The notes beneath the pieces were generated by a model, which was not told where the DNA came from, searched no databases, and saw only the letters and a list, made by a program, of their open reading frames with translations. Both the position numbers and the translations under genes were made by a program. Positions 9,258 to 18,110 of a DNA stretch of 64,000 bases are shown one piece after another. Source of the stretch: an uncultured Clostridia bacterium (GTDB lineage Bacteria > Bacillota > Clostridia > TANB77 > CAG-508); the NCBI GenBank assembly GCA_934149275.1, contig CAKPEG010000004.1, positions 1,806-65,805 of the forward strand. The letters run 5' to 3'. How positions within the stretch are numbered: position 1 is the stretch's first letter; each line of letters opens with the position of its first letter.

Positions 9258-10460
9258 ATGAAAATATTAGTAGTAAACTGTGGAAGCTCATCATTAAAAT
9301 ATCAATTAATAGATATGGAAAATGAAAAACTTTTAGCAAAAGGAAATTTTGAAAGAATAGGTGAAAAAGAATCTTTTGTTACACATAAAGTAAACGGAGA
9401 AAAATATGTAGTAAAAGAACCTGTAAAAGACCATGAAGAAGCTTTGAAAATAGTATTACAACAATTAGTACACAAAGATTATGGTGTAATAAAAGATTTA
9501 TCAGAAATAAATGCAGTAGGACACAGATTAGTACATGGTGGAGAAATATTTAACCAATCAGTTTTAATAACAGAAGATGTTATTAAGAAATATGAAAGTT
9601 GTTCAAGCTTAGCACCATTGCACAATCCAGCAACAATATTAGGAATCAGAGCTTGTCAAAAAGAAATGCCAGGAGTTCCAATGTGTGGAGTTTTTGATAC
9701 AGCCTTCCATCAAACAATGCCGAAAGAAAATTACTTATATCCAATTCCATATGAATACTATGAAAAATATGGAATAAGAAAATATGGATTCCATGGAACA
9801 TCACATCAATTTGTTTCAAAAAGAGCTGCAGAAATCATAGACAAAAAAGATGGAGATTTAAAAATAGTTACATGTCACTTAGGACAAGGTGCATCAATTT
9901 GTGCAATAAAAAACGGAGAATCACAAGACACATCAATGGGATTATCACCATTAGGTGGAATAGCGATGGTAACAAGATCTGGAGACTTAGATCCATCAGT
10001 AGTTACAGAAATAATGGAAAGAGAAAACTTATCAGCAAAAGAAGTTAACACAATATTAAATAAAAAATCAGGATTATATGGAATAACAGGATTAGATCCA
10101 GATTTTAGAGAAATAGAGTTAGCATCTTATAAAGATGACCAACCAAAAGCACAAGTTGCAATCGAACTATTCACACAAACAATAGCACAATTCATAGCAA
10201 AATATGCAGTAACATTAAGAGGAATAGATGCAATAATCTTCACAGGGGGAATTGGAGAAAACCAAATTAATATAAGAAAGAAAATCTGTGAAGACTTAGA
10301 GTGGATGGGAGTTAAACTTGATTTAGAAAAGAACAACGTAAGAAGTGTAGAAACAAAAATATCAAGCGAAGATTCAAAAGTTGAAGTTTATATTATCCCA
10401 ACAGACGAAGAAATGGTAATAGCAAGAGATACAAAGAGAATTGTAGAAAATAATAAATAA
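9258..10460 (+). CDS. ackA: acetate kinase, paralog 1
   Basis: Motifs NCGSSSLKYQL, GHRLVHGG, YGFHGTSH, TRSGDLDP, PTDEE. Confidence 0.92.
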   Translation: MKILVVNCGSSSLKYQLIDMENEKLLAKGNFERIGEKESFVTHKVNGEKYVVKEPVKDHEEALKIVLQQLVHKDYGVIKDLSEINAVGHRLVHGGEIFNQSVLITEDVIKKYESCSSLAPLHNPATILGIRACQKEMPGVPMCGVFDTAFHQTMPKENYLYPIPYEYYEKYGIRKYGFHGTSHQFVSKRAAEIIDKKDGDLKIVTCHLGQGASICAIKNGESQDTSMGLSPLGGIAMVTRSGDLDPSVVTEIMERENLSAKEVNTILNKKSGLYGITGLDPDFREIELASYKDDQPKAQVAIELFTQTIAQFIAKYAVTLRGIDAIIFTGGIGENQINIRKKICEDLEWMGVKLDLEKNNVRSVETKISSEDSKVEVYIIPTDEEMVIARDTKRIVENNK

Positions 10461-10467
10461 TTGAAAA

Positions 10468-10502
10468 AAACTAGAAGTTTTTGTAGAACTTCTAGTTTTT
10501 TT
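10468..10502 (+). terminator. intrinsic terminator after ackA paralog 1
   Basis: Stem AAACTAGAAGTT / AACTTCTAGTTT followed by a T-run. Confidence 0.8.
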
Positions 10503-10738
10503 GCCTCAAAAGGTTGATTTTTAGCCTAAAACCTTGATATAATAAAAATACGTCTTTATAATTTTACATTATAAAAATAAATCGTATTCGTACATTGATA
10601 TCGCGAATGAAATTTAATTATAATTTTAGCAGGACTAAATATAATATAAATTCTAAGTGCTAATCAAGTATAGCTAAGTAGCATACTTGCCTAATCGGCA
10701 TGCTACCTAAAAAAGAAAATATTAAGGGGGAAGCTAAT

Positions 10739-11923
10739 ATGAAAGTTTTAGTTTTAAACTGTGGAAGTTCATCTTTGAAATGTCAATTGATCGATATGGA
10801 GAAAAACGAAAGAATTATGAAAGGACACTATGACAGAATAGGAGGTGCAAGATCTTCACTACGATTTAATGTAAGAGGAGAAAAAACAGTAATTGAACAT
10901 CCTGCAAGAGATTTTGAAGAAGCGATAGGAGAAATCTTAAACTTATTAGTAAGTGATGAATACAAAGTTATAAAAAGCTTTGATGAAATAGGAGCAGTAG
11001 GACACAGAATAGTACACGGAGGAGAAAGATTTAAAGAATCAGTAGTAATAAATGATGATGTAATAGATGCTATAAAAGAGTGCATAACATTAGCACCATT
11101 ACATAACCCAGCAGGTTTGGCAGGAATATATGCATGTCAGAAACTATTACCAAACGTACCAATGGTAGCAGTATTCGACACATCATTCCATCAAACAATA
11201 CCAGAAAAAGCATTTATATATCAATTGCCATATAAATATTATGAAGACTATAAAATAAGAAAATATGGATTCCACGGAATTTCACACAGATATGTTGCAA
11301 ACAGAATATCAGAAATTCTTGGAAGAAAAGATTTAAAAATAATAAATTGCCATCTTGGACAAGGTGCATCATTATGCGCAATTAAAGATGGAAAATCAAT
11401 AGACACAACAATGGGACTAACGCCACTAGCAGGCGTTCCAATGGGAACAAGATGTGGAGACGTTGACCCATCAATCATACCAACAGTAATGAAATTATAT
11501 GATATTCAACCAGACGAAATGTTAAGAATAATGAACAAAGAATCAGGAGCTTGGGGAGTATCAGGAGTTTCAACAGACTTTAGAGATATAGAAAGAACAG
11601 CAGCAGACGGAGATGAAAGATCAATTTTAGCACTAGAAAGTAGAGCATACATAATTGCACAATATATTGCAAAATTTATTGTAACTCTAAACGGGGTTGA
11701 TGTAATAACATTTGCAGGTGGAATTGGAGAAAATGGATTCGAAGAAAGAGAAAGAATTTGTGGATACTTAGAATGCTTCGGAATAAAATTAGATAAAGAA
11801 AGAAATCTAACAAGAGGAGAAGAATATAAAATATCAAGCGATGATTCAAAAGTTGATATTTACATAGTACCTACAAATGAAGAAATTGTAATAGCAGAAG
11901 ATGCATACAATTTAACAAAATAA
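10739..11923 (+). CDS. ackA: acetate kinase, paralog 2
   Basis: Motifs NCGSSSLKCQL, GHRIVHGG, YGFHGISH, TRCGDVDP, PTNEE. Start at the MKVLVLN ATG, preceded by an AAGGGGG RBS. Confidence 0.9.
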   Translation: MKVLVLNCGSSSLKCQLIDMEKNERIMKGHYDRIGGARSSLRFNVRGEKTVIEHPARDFEEAIGEILNLLVSDEYKVIKSFDEIGAVGHRIVHGGERFKESVVINDDVIDAIKECITLAPLHNPAGLAGIYACQKLLPNVPMVAVFDTSFHQTIPEKAFIYQLPYKYYEDYKIRKYGFHGISHRYVANRISEILGRKDLKIINCHLGQGASLCAIKDGKSIDTTMGLTPLAGVPMGTRCGDVDPSIIPTVMKLYDIQPDEMLRIMNKESGAWGVSGVSTDFRDIERTAADGDERSILALESRAYIIAQYIAKFIVTLNGVDVITFAGGIGENGFEERERICGYLECFGIKLDKERNLTRGEEYKISSDDSKVDIYIVPTNEEIVIAEDAYNLTK

Positions 11924-11933
11924 AAATAAATCA

Positions 11934-11966
11934 TACTGGTGATAAAAGGTCGCCAGTATTTTTTTA
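11934..11966 (+). terminator. intrinsic terminator after ackA paralog 2
   Basis: Stem ATACTGGTG / CGCCAGTAT followed by a T-run. Confidence 0.75.
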
Positions 11967-12004
11967 TAAAAATTTCGGTACAAAGCTGATTATACAAAAA
12001 ACTA

Positions 12005-12033
12005 TTGATATAAAAAAATATTAATGTTAAAAT
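12005..12033 (+). promoter_or_regulatory. sigma-A type promoter upstream of ackA paralog 3
   Basis: TTGATA, 17 nt spacer, TAAAAT, with a TG extension. Confidence 0.45.
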
Positions 12034-12072
12034 TTGAACAGAAAAATTTAAAAGAAGGAAGTTAAATTAAGT

Positions 12073-13266
12073 ATGAAAATTTTAGTATTAAATTGCGGAA
12101 GCTCTTCTTTAAAATTCCAATTGATAAACATGGAAAACAACGAAAGATTAGCTAAAGGAAATTTTGAGAGAATAGGTGGAATGAAAACCACATTAAAATT
12201 AAACGTAGGAGGCAAGAAAGAAGAATTAGTTCACATTGCCAGAGACTACGATGAAGCAATAAGTTTTGTATTAGAAGTTTTATTAAAACCAGAATATAAC
12301 ATAATAAAATCATTAGACGAAATAACAGCAGTAGGACACAGAATAGTACACGGAGGAGAAATGTTCAGCAAATCCGTACTAATAAATGATGACGTAATAA
12401 AAGAAATTGAAAAATGCATAGACTTAGCGCCATTACACAATCCAGCAGGAGTAGCAGGAATCAAAGCTGCCAAAAATGCATTACCAAACGTACCAATGGT
12501 AGCAGTATTTGACACAGCATTCCATCAAACAATGCCAGCAAAAGCATATATATATCAAATACCTTACAGATATTACACAAGCTACAAAATAAGAAAATAC
12601 GGATTCCATGGAGCAAGCCATAAATATGTAGCTGAAAGAGTTTCACAAATATATGGAAGAACAGAAGACTTAAAAATAATAAACTGTCACCTAGGACAAG
12701 GTGCATCAATATGTGCAATTAAAGATGGAAAATCAGTAGACACATCAATGGGATTAACACCACTAGCAGGAATACCAATGGCAACAAGATGTGGCGATAT
12801 AGATCCAGCAATAATTCCTTATGTAATGAAAAAAGATAATTTACAACCTGAAGATATAGAAGATATATTAAATAAACAATCAGGAGCATGGGGAGTATCA
12901 GGAGTTTCATCAGATTACAGAGATATAGAAGACGGATATAATATGAAAGATCCAAGATCAATATTAGCACTTGAAAGCCAAGCATACAAAATAGCACAGT
13001 ACATCGGGCAATACATTATCTCACTTGGAGGCTTAGACGTTCTAACATTTGCAGGAGGCGTTGGAGAAAACGGAATAGAAACAAGAGAACGAGTATGTAA
13101 ATACCTAGAACCATTTGGAATTAAGATAGACACAGAATTAAACAACATTAAAGGAAAAGAAAGAAAAATAAGCACAGAAGACTCAAAAGTAGATATCTAC
13201 ATAATACCAACAAATGAAGAATTAATGATTGCAAAAGAAACAGAAGAACTAGTTAAAAATTCATAG
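12073..13266 (+). CDS. ackA: acetate kinase, paralog 3
   Basis: Motifs NCGSSSLKFQL, GHRIVHGG, YGFHGASH, TRCGDIDP, PTNEE. Confidence 0.9.
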   Translation: MKILVLNCGSSSLKFQLINMENNERLAKGNFERIGGMKTTLKLNVGGKKEELVHIARDYDEAISFVLEVLLKPEYNIIKSLDEITAVGHRIVHGGEMFSKSVLINDDVIKEIEKCIDLAPLHNPAGVAGIKAAKNALPNVPMVAVFDTAFHQTMPAKAYIYQIPYRYYTSYKIRKYGFHGASHKYVAERVSQIYGRTEDLKIINCHLGQGASICAIKDGKSVDTSMGLTPLAGIPMATRCGDIDPAIIPYVMKKDNLQPEDIEDILNKQSGAWGVSGVSSDYRDIEDGYNMKDPRSILALESQAYKIAQYIGQYIISLGGLDVLTFAGGVGENGIETRERVCKYLEPFGIKIDTELNNIKGKERKISTEDSKVDIYIIPTNEELMIAKETEELVKNS

Positions 13267-13267
13267 T

Positions 13268-13392
13268 TGTCACGGGACGTCCTTTTTGACACAAACTTCA
13301 AACTCAGTCACAGTTTGAAAGTGTCATGGGAACGTCTTTCTCGACCCGAACGTCCAAATCAGCCACAGTCTGAACGTGCCCATGACACGCCA
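13268..13392 (+). repeat. G+C-rich tandem structured repeats (two ~55-nt units plus an inverted partial unit)
   Basis: Unit 1 (13268-13321) and unit 2 (13322-13376) align at roughly three quarters identity. GTGTCATGGGAACG (13321-13334) is complementary to CGTGCCCATGACAC (13375-13388). Confidence 0.7.
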
Positions 13393-13394
13393 TA

Positions 13395-13423
13395 TTGCTA
13401 GATTAAAAGAATCGTGGTATAAT
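13395..13423 (+). promoter_or_regulatory. sigma-A type promoter for the MazF-fusion gene
   Basis: TTGCTA, 17 nt spacer, TATAAT, with a TG extension (TGGTATAAT). Confidence 0.5.
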
Positions 13424-13543
13424 ACCAACATGTTTCATATAATTTCATAGTTATATTTTGCTATGAACCGAAAATGTCAGAAAAGGAGGAGGTATTACAA
13501 GTATTAATAACGGTGTTAATTTTCTCAAAAAGGAGGAGTTCAA

Positions 13544-14779
13544 ATGTTTCAAAAAGAAACATTGTCATCAAATGCTTCAGAAAAGAATAAAACGTGTATA
13601 TCATCACGGACACAAAAATATAATTTGAAATATCCGAGAGTTAAACGTGGAGAATTATATATTTGTGATTTTGGAGAACCTTATGGAAGTGAGCAAGGCT
13701 ATAAAAGGTTTGCTTTAATAGTGCAAAATAATAGAGGAAATCGAGTATCACCTACTACAATAGTTGTAGCGTGTACCACTAAAAAGAAAACCAATTTACC
13801 AGTTCACTATCAGTTCAATCTTTCCCCAAGCATAATGAAAGACTACAACCAAAAACGAATAGGAGAAGAAGTCGATGGAAATACCATATTAGCAGAGCAA
13901 ATAAAGACAGTAGACAAAAAAAGATTACGTAAATTTCTTGGAACAATGACAGATGAATTTATGGATGAAGTACAGAAAGTTATAGATATATCGCTAGATT
14001 TGAAAAGAGATACAGTAAAGTCAGTACAGGATTTAAGTATCATACAGATTCAGCTACTCGCAAAAGCTAATATAGAAAAACTTTTAGAAATTTCTCGGAC
14101 TATAGAGCCAGACGGGATTAAAATAAAGCGGATAATTGAATTATTTGGCTTTGATTTAGAATCAGAGGGGGCGCAATATTTAGTTAAAGCAATTTGCTTA
14201 GCTACCAAAGCAGACTATTCTGATCTAGAAAATTTATGTGAAGAAATTTCTAAAGAGAAGCACACTTTATCCCAAGAGAAAATGAAAGCAATAATTGTAA
14301 CTACAATAAAAGAAAAATTCAATTTTGAAACTTCTGTAGCAATTGAGTTCATTAGATTGATAAGTATACTTTTAGTTAAAGAACCAATTCCAGAGATTAA
14401 GGAAATTGAGTCACTGGAAAATAGCAAAGGAAAAATCGAAAATCTTTTGTGGAAATACTTAAAAAAAGATTTAGAAAAAATAGATTATTCTATGACGGTT
14501 GAGGAGAACATAGACTACTTCTTAGATAGTATTGGTATGTCTACAGATGAAATAATAATGCAATCATTTGTTATTGCTTGTAATACAAAAAGAATAACCT
14601 ATGCGAAGATTATCAATCAGCTTAAAGAAATGTATCCTGAAAAAATGAGTACAGAACTTAGAAAAACTTTGAGAGATAATTTTAAAAAATGGTTAGAAAA
14701 GAATCCAGAGTTAGCGACGCAGTGCAGACAAATTTCAATTATGAATTTACTTAAACTCTTTGCAAAAATGTTTGCATAA
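13544..14779 (+). CDS. MazF/PemK-fold endoribonuclease toxin domain fused to a ~260-aa helical C-terminal region of unknown function
   Basis: Residues ~30-160 match the MazF/EndoA pattern (RGELYICDFGEPYGSEQGYKRFALIVQNNRGNRVSPTTIVVACTT ... ILAEQIKTVDKKRL ... DEFMDEVQKVIDISLDL). A strong AAGGAGGAG RBS is present. The C-terminal part has two helical repeats. Confidence 0.7.
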   Translation: MFQKETLSSNASEKNKTCISSRTQKYNLKYPRVKRGELYICDFGEPYGSEQGYKRFALIVQNNRGNRVSPTTIVVACTTKKKTNLPVHYQFNLSPSIMKDYNQKRIGEEVDGNTILAEQIKTVDKKRLRKFLGTMTDEFMDEVQKVIDISLDLKRDTVKSVQDLSIIQIQLLAKANIEKLLEISRTIEPDGIKIKRIIELFGFDLESEGAQYLVKAICLATKADYSDLENLCEEISKEKHTLSQEKMKAIIVTTIKEKFNFETSVAIEFIRLISILLVKEPIPEIKEIESLENSKGKIENLLWKYLKKDLEKIDYSMTVEENIDYFLDSIGMSTDEIIMQSFVIACNTKRITYAKIINQLKEMYPEKMSTELRKTLRDNFKKWLEKNPELATQCRQISIMNLLKLFAKMFA

Positions 14780-14789
14780 AATCGCTAAA

Positions 14790-14822
14790 AACAGGTGGGA
14801 GATATTTCTCCCACCTGTTTTT
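14790..14822 (+). terminator. intrinsic terminator
   Basis: Stem AACAGGTGGGAGA / TCTCCCACCTGTT followed by TTTT. Confidence 0.85.
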
Positions 14823-14851
14823 ATATATTATTAATGATTTTTAGACATAAA

Positions 14852-14973
14852 CGAATATTATATTTGATTTTTGAGTGACGCGCAGTTTGAAAGTTTTTCC
14901 CTAACCTTCTAAACGAAGTTTAGTGGGTGGGAAAATATTTTAGCAAGGAACGAAAAAATAAATATAATATTCG
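14852..14973 (+). repeat. Family-A palindromic MITE-like repeat, copy A2
   Basis: TIRs CGAATATTATATTTGATTTTT / AAAAAATAAATATAATATTCG with the conserved core GAGTGACGCGCAGTTTGAAAG...CTAAACGAAGTTTAG... Confidence 0.9.
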
Positions 14974-14980
14974 TAAAATG

Positions 14981-16654
14981 TTAAGGAACTATAATAGTTT
15001 TATAATTCGTATAATTAACCATACCAGTTTTTCCTGTATGATGTTTTTTTACATACTTAATGTAAGTATAATCAACAGAAACATTTCGCTCTAAAGCAGC
15101 TCTAGAATTTTGCTTTGCAAGCTGAGCACATTTAAAAATTGTATCATCATCAGGAATTTTTCCATTTGTTTTTAAAATAACATGAGCCCCGTGGAACCCT
15201 TGAGCATGAAACCATAAATCAGATTTATCAGCAAAGTGAAGAGACAAATAATCATTTTGCTTATTATTTTTTCCAATATAAACATCATATTTATTAATAA
15301 CTATTTTATTAAGATTATTTGTAAGATTTTTATCATTGCTAACCTTTTGGAAAGATTTATAGTTATATTTTTTCATTAAAACATTTTCAGAAAATTCATT
15401 ATGAATTTCTTCAACATCTTCAATACAAGTTGCATTAGAAAGCGAATAAATTATACTTTCAATATATTCAAGCTCAACCTCAGCTTCTTTTTTCTGAACA
15501 GTAACAATGGCCAATGTATTTTTTAATTTATTATATTTTTTGAAAAATCTTTCAGCATTTTTGCTATAAGAAACAGAAGTATTAAGAGGAATATCAATTA
15601 AATTATTGTTATCATAGTAATTTTCAACCCTAATAGAAGATTGAGCAAAATTTTCATGATATCTATAAAGATTTGCAGTTAAAAGCTCACCATATAGCTT
15701 ATATTTATCCATATCATTGCATGATTTTAATTTCTGATTGATATTCTCAAGTTTTTTTGAAGCCTTTTTTAAAGCAGAAAGAATAGACTTTGAAAGTTCA
15801 GCCTTAGCGCTCAAAAAATTATCTTCAATTTCTTTTTCATGATAGAAATTATCTAAAAAATCGTTTATAGAAGACGTATCGTCATTTGCTAATTCAATAG
15901 TATAATCTTTACCAATCTTTTTAAGAGATATATTTTCCGTTCCAAGATTTTCAATAGTATTTTTTATATAATCAAAAATTTCCTCTAATTCATTAACATC
16001 TTTTGTAGAATCTTCAATTCCTAAATCTTCAAGAATATTTGAAATAAATAGAGGAGTAAATCCAGTAAAAATTTCTGATAAATAAGAAGATATAGAATCA
16101 TAAGAACCTTGTGATATTAATGCATAAAATTCATTAAATGAGTTAATATTCAAAAAAGAATTTTTATTTGACGTAGGTGCAATATATGGTCTTGCAGGTA
16201 ATATTTCTCTATCTGAAGTAATAATATGCTTTAGAGAGTCTATTATAAAACCTTTATGATTAAGCAAAATAACATTGCTACGTCTCCCCATAAGTTCAAT
16301 AACTAATCTATATTTAACAGTATCTTTAAGCTCATTGCTTCCTTCAAAATCAATAAAAATAATTCTATCTAAATCAACACTTTCAATATTTGTTATTCTG
16401 CTACTAGTTAAATATTTTCTAAGTAGCATACAAAAATTCAGTGCGTTAGTAGGATTAGGCTTAGAAATTTTAGTAAGACACATTCTGTAATAAACAGGAT
16501 GAATACAAATATCTAACATATAATTTGTAGAATTATATAAGTTTAAAATAATTTCAAATTTACTAGGTTGTAAAACTTTATTTACACGAGCTCCAATAAG
16601 TTTATTTTGAAAGTCGGAAACAATAGATTTTACAACGATTCCATCAAATGCCAT
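14981..16654 (-). CDS. rqcH: RqcH / fibronectin-binding protein A (NFACT family) ribosome quality-control protein
   Basis: N-terminus MAFDGIVVKSIV...LIGARVNKVLQP and C-terminal block WFHAQGFHGAHVILK. Confidence 0.88.
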   Translation of the reverse strand: MAFDGIVVKSIVSDFQNKLIGARVNKVLQPSKFEIILNLYNSTNYMLDICIHPVYYRMCLTKISKPNPTNALNFCMLLRKYLTSSRITNIESVDLDRIIFIDFEGSNELKDTVKYRLVIELMGRRSNVILLNHKGFIIDSLKHIITSDREILPARPYIAPTSNKNSFLNINSFNEFYALISQGSYDSISSYLSEIFTGFTPLFISNILEDLGIEDSTKDVNELEEIFDYIKNTIENLGTENISLKKIGKDYTIELANDDTSSINDFLDNFYHEKEIEDNFLSAKAELSKSILSALKKASKKLENINQKLKSCNDMDKYKLYGELLTANLYRYHENFAQSSIRVENYYDNNNLIDIPLNTSVSYSKNAERFFKKYNKLKNTLAIVTVQKKEAEVELEYIESIIYSLSNATCIEDVEEIHNEFSENVLMKKYNYKSFQKVSNDKNLTNNLNKIVINKYDVYIGKNNKQNDYLSLHFADKSDLWFHAQGFHGAHVILKTNGKIPDDDTIFKCAQLAKQNSRAALERNVSVDYTYIKYVKKHHTGKTGMVNYTNYKTIIVP

Positions 16655-16845
16655 AAATAACTCCTTTCTATAAATAATACTATAGTAATTTAAATTGAAA
16701 ATGTCAATGTTTTATTTTAAATATAGCTTGTTTTAGAAAAATGCATATGCTATAATAAACACCGTAGATTGACAAAAATTAACTTATGTCAAAATTATTT
16801 ATTGTTAAAAACAATAAAAGGCTGTTTATAGGGGTGAAAAAAAGA

Positions 16846-18096
16846 ATGTTAATTGAAAAATTCATATTTAATATATTAGCATTTTCTTTATTTATAATTA
16901 TTTTTTCAAAACTTATTAGAAAAAATGATACAAATTATGTTTTTATATTAGTATTAGAAGCAATTGGAATAGGAATAAACTTTTTAGAACTACTAATAGG
17001 AGATCCATTTACTTCAGGAGCTTCAAAAGTTATTATGTATTTAATAGCAATAATATTACCAGCAATAGTAATTTTATACGAATATGTAGGTAATAATTTT
17101 TCAGAGATTTTATCAATATTATGGGCAAGAGTTTTATTACTATTAGGAGATAGAAAAGCTGCCAAAACAGCATTACTGAATTTAATTAATAAATATCCTG
17201 ATACATATAAAGGACATTTGCTATTAGCTAAGATTTATGAAAAAGAAGGCGGAACAAGAAAGGCAATAGATGAATATGTAAAAGCAGTTGACGCCAATAA
17301 AAGAGATTATGATTCATACTACAGAATAGCCGAATTACTTCATGGGCTTGGAAGAGAAAATGACGCTATTACAATGCTTGGAAATCTACTAGAGAACAAA
17401 CCAGAATATTATAACGCAATACTTCTTTTAGGTGATTTACTATGTAAAGAAAACAGATTTAAAGAAGCAGTTAGTGTATATCAAGATGCATTAAAATATA
17501 GACCAGCCGACTATGAGCTTTATTATAGTTTAGGAATTGCATATACAAGACTAAATGATTTTGCAAGCGCAAAGGAATGTTATGATAAAGCAGCAGATAT
17601 CAACCACAAGCTATATAGTGCAAAATATAATTTAGCTCAAATCGCATTAATGGAAGAAGATTTAGAAGAGGCTGAAAAAGAATTGGTAGAATGCTTAATG
17701 TCAGAAGAATTAGAAGCTAAAGCATATTATCAATTAGCCAAAATATATCTTATAAAACAAGAAAAAGATAAAGCAATAATATTTGCAAACAAAGCAATCG
17801 AAATAGATGACTCTTATTTACAAATTATTTCAAAAGATAAAATGTTCCAACCAATAAGAGAATATTTAACAGTTTCAGTTAAGATGGAAGAAAAAGAAAT
17901 AAAGAAACCAAGTAAAAGAGATGAAGAAATTCAAAAATACCTTGAAGAAACTGTTGGATTAATTCGTGGTATGAGCGAAAATGAAATGAAAAATAGAGTA
18001 ACACAAAGAGTTGATGAGATATTCAAGCAAGAAGAAAAGAAAGAACATGAAGAAAAAACAAAAGATTTAGATGAACAAAAGGAAAAAATTTTATAA
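16846..18096 (+). CDS. membrane-anchored TPR-repeat protein
   Basis: Three N-terminal hydrophobic helices, then multiple TPR-like units (AIDEYVKAV, AVSVYQDALKYRP, AKECYDKAADIN) and an acidic K/E tail. The start could also be 16786. Confidence 0.7.
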   Translation: MLIEKFIFNILAFSLFIIIFSKLIRKNDTNYVFILVLEAIGIGINFLELLIGDPFTSGASKVIMYLIAIILPAIVILYEYVGNNFSEILSILWARVLLLLGDRKAAKTALLNLINKYPDTYKGHLLLAKIYEKEGGTRKAIDEYVKAVDANKRDYDSYYRIAELLHGLGRENDAITMLGNLLENKPEYYNAILLLGDLLCKENRFKEAVSVYQDALKYRPADYELYYSLGIAYTRLNDFASAKECYDKAADINHKLYSAKYNLAQIALMEEDLEEAEKELVECLMSEELEAKAYYQLAKIYLIKQEKDKAIIFANKAIEIDDSYLQIISKDKMFQPIREYLTVSVKMEEKEIKKPSKRDEEIQKYLEETVGLIRGMSENEMKNRVTQRVDEIFKQEEKKEHEEKTKDLDEQKEKIL

Positions 18097-18110
18097 AAAG
18101 GAGAGTAAAT

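Noticed and set aside
10504-10738. The 235-bp leader before ackA paralog 2, with a GTAGCAT/ATGCTAC hairpin just upstream of the RBS, considered as a riboswitch
   Set aside because: I recognise no conserved riboswitch motifs in it, and a single 7-bp hairpin is insufficient evidence.
13474-13587. A 37-codon ORF in the leader of the MazF-fusion gene, considered as a candidate antitoxin
   Set aside because: No Shine-Dalgarno precedes its ATG. The AGGAGG sequences lie inside the ORF, it overlaps the toxin start out of frame, and its sequence does not resemble MazE/AbrB or RHH antitoxins. The possibility is left open only as a test in the finding.
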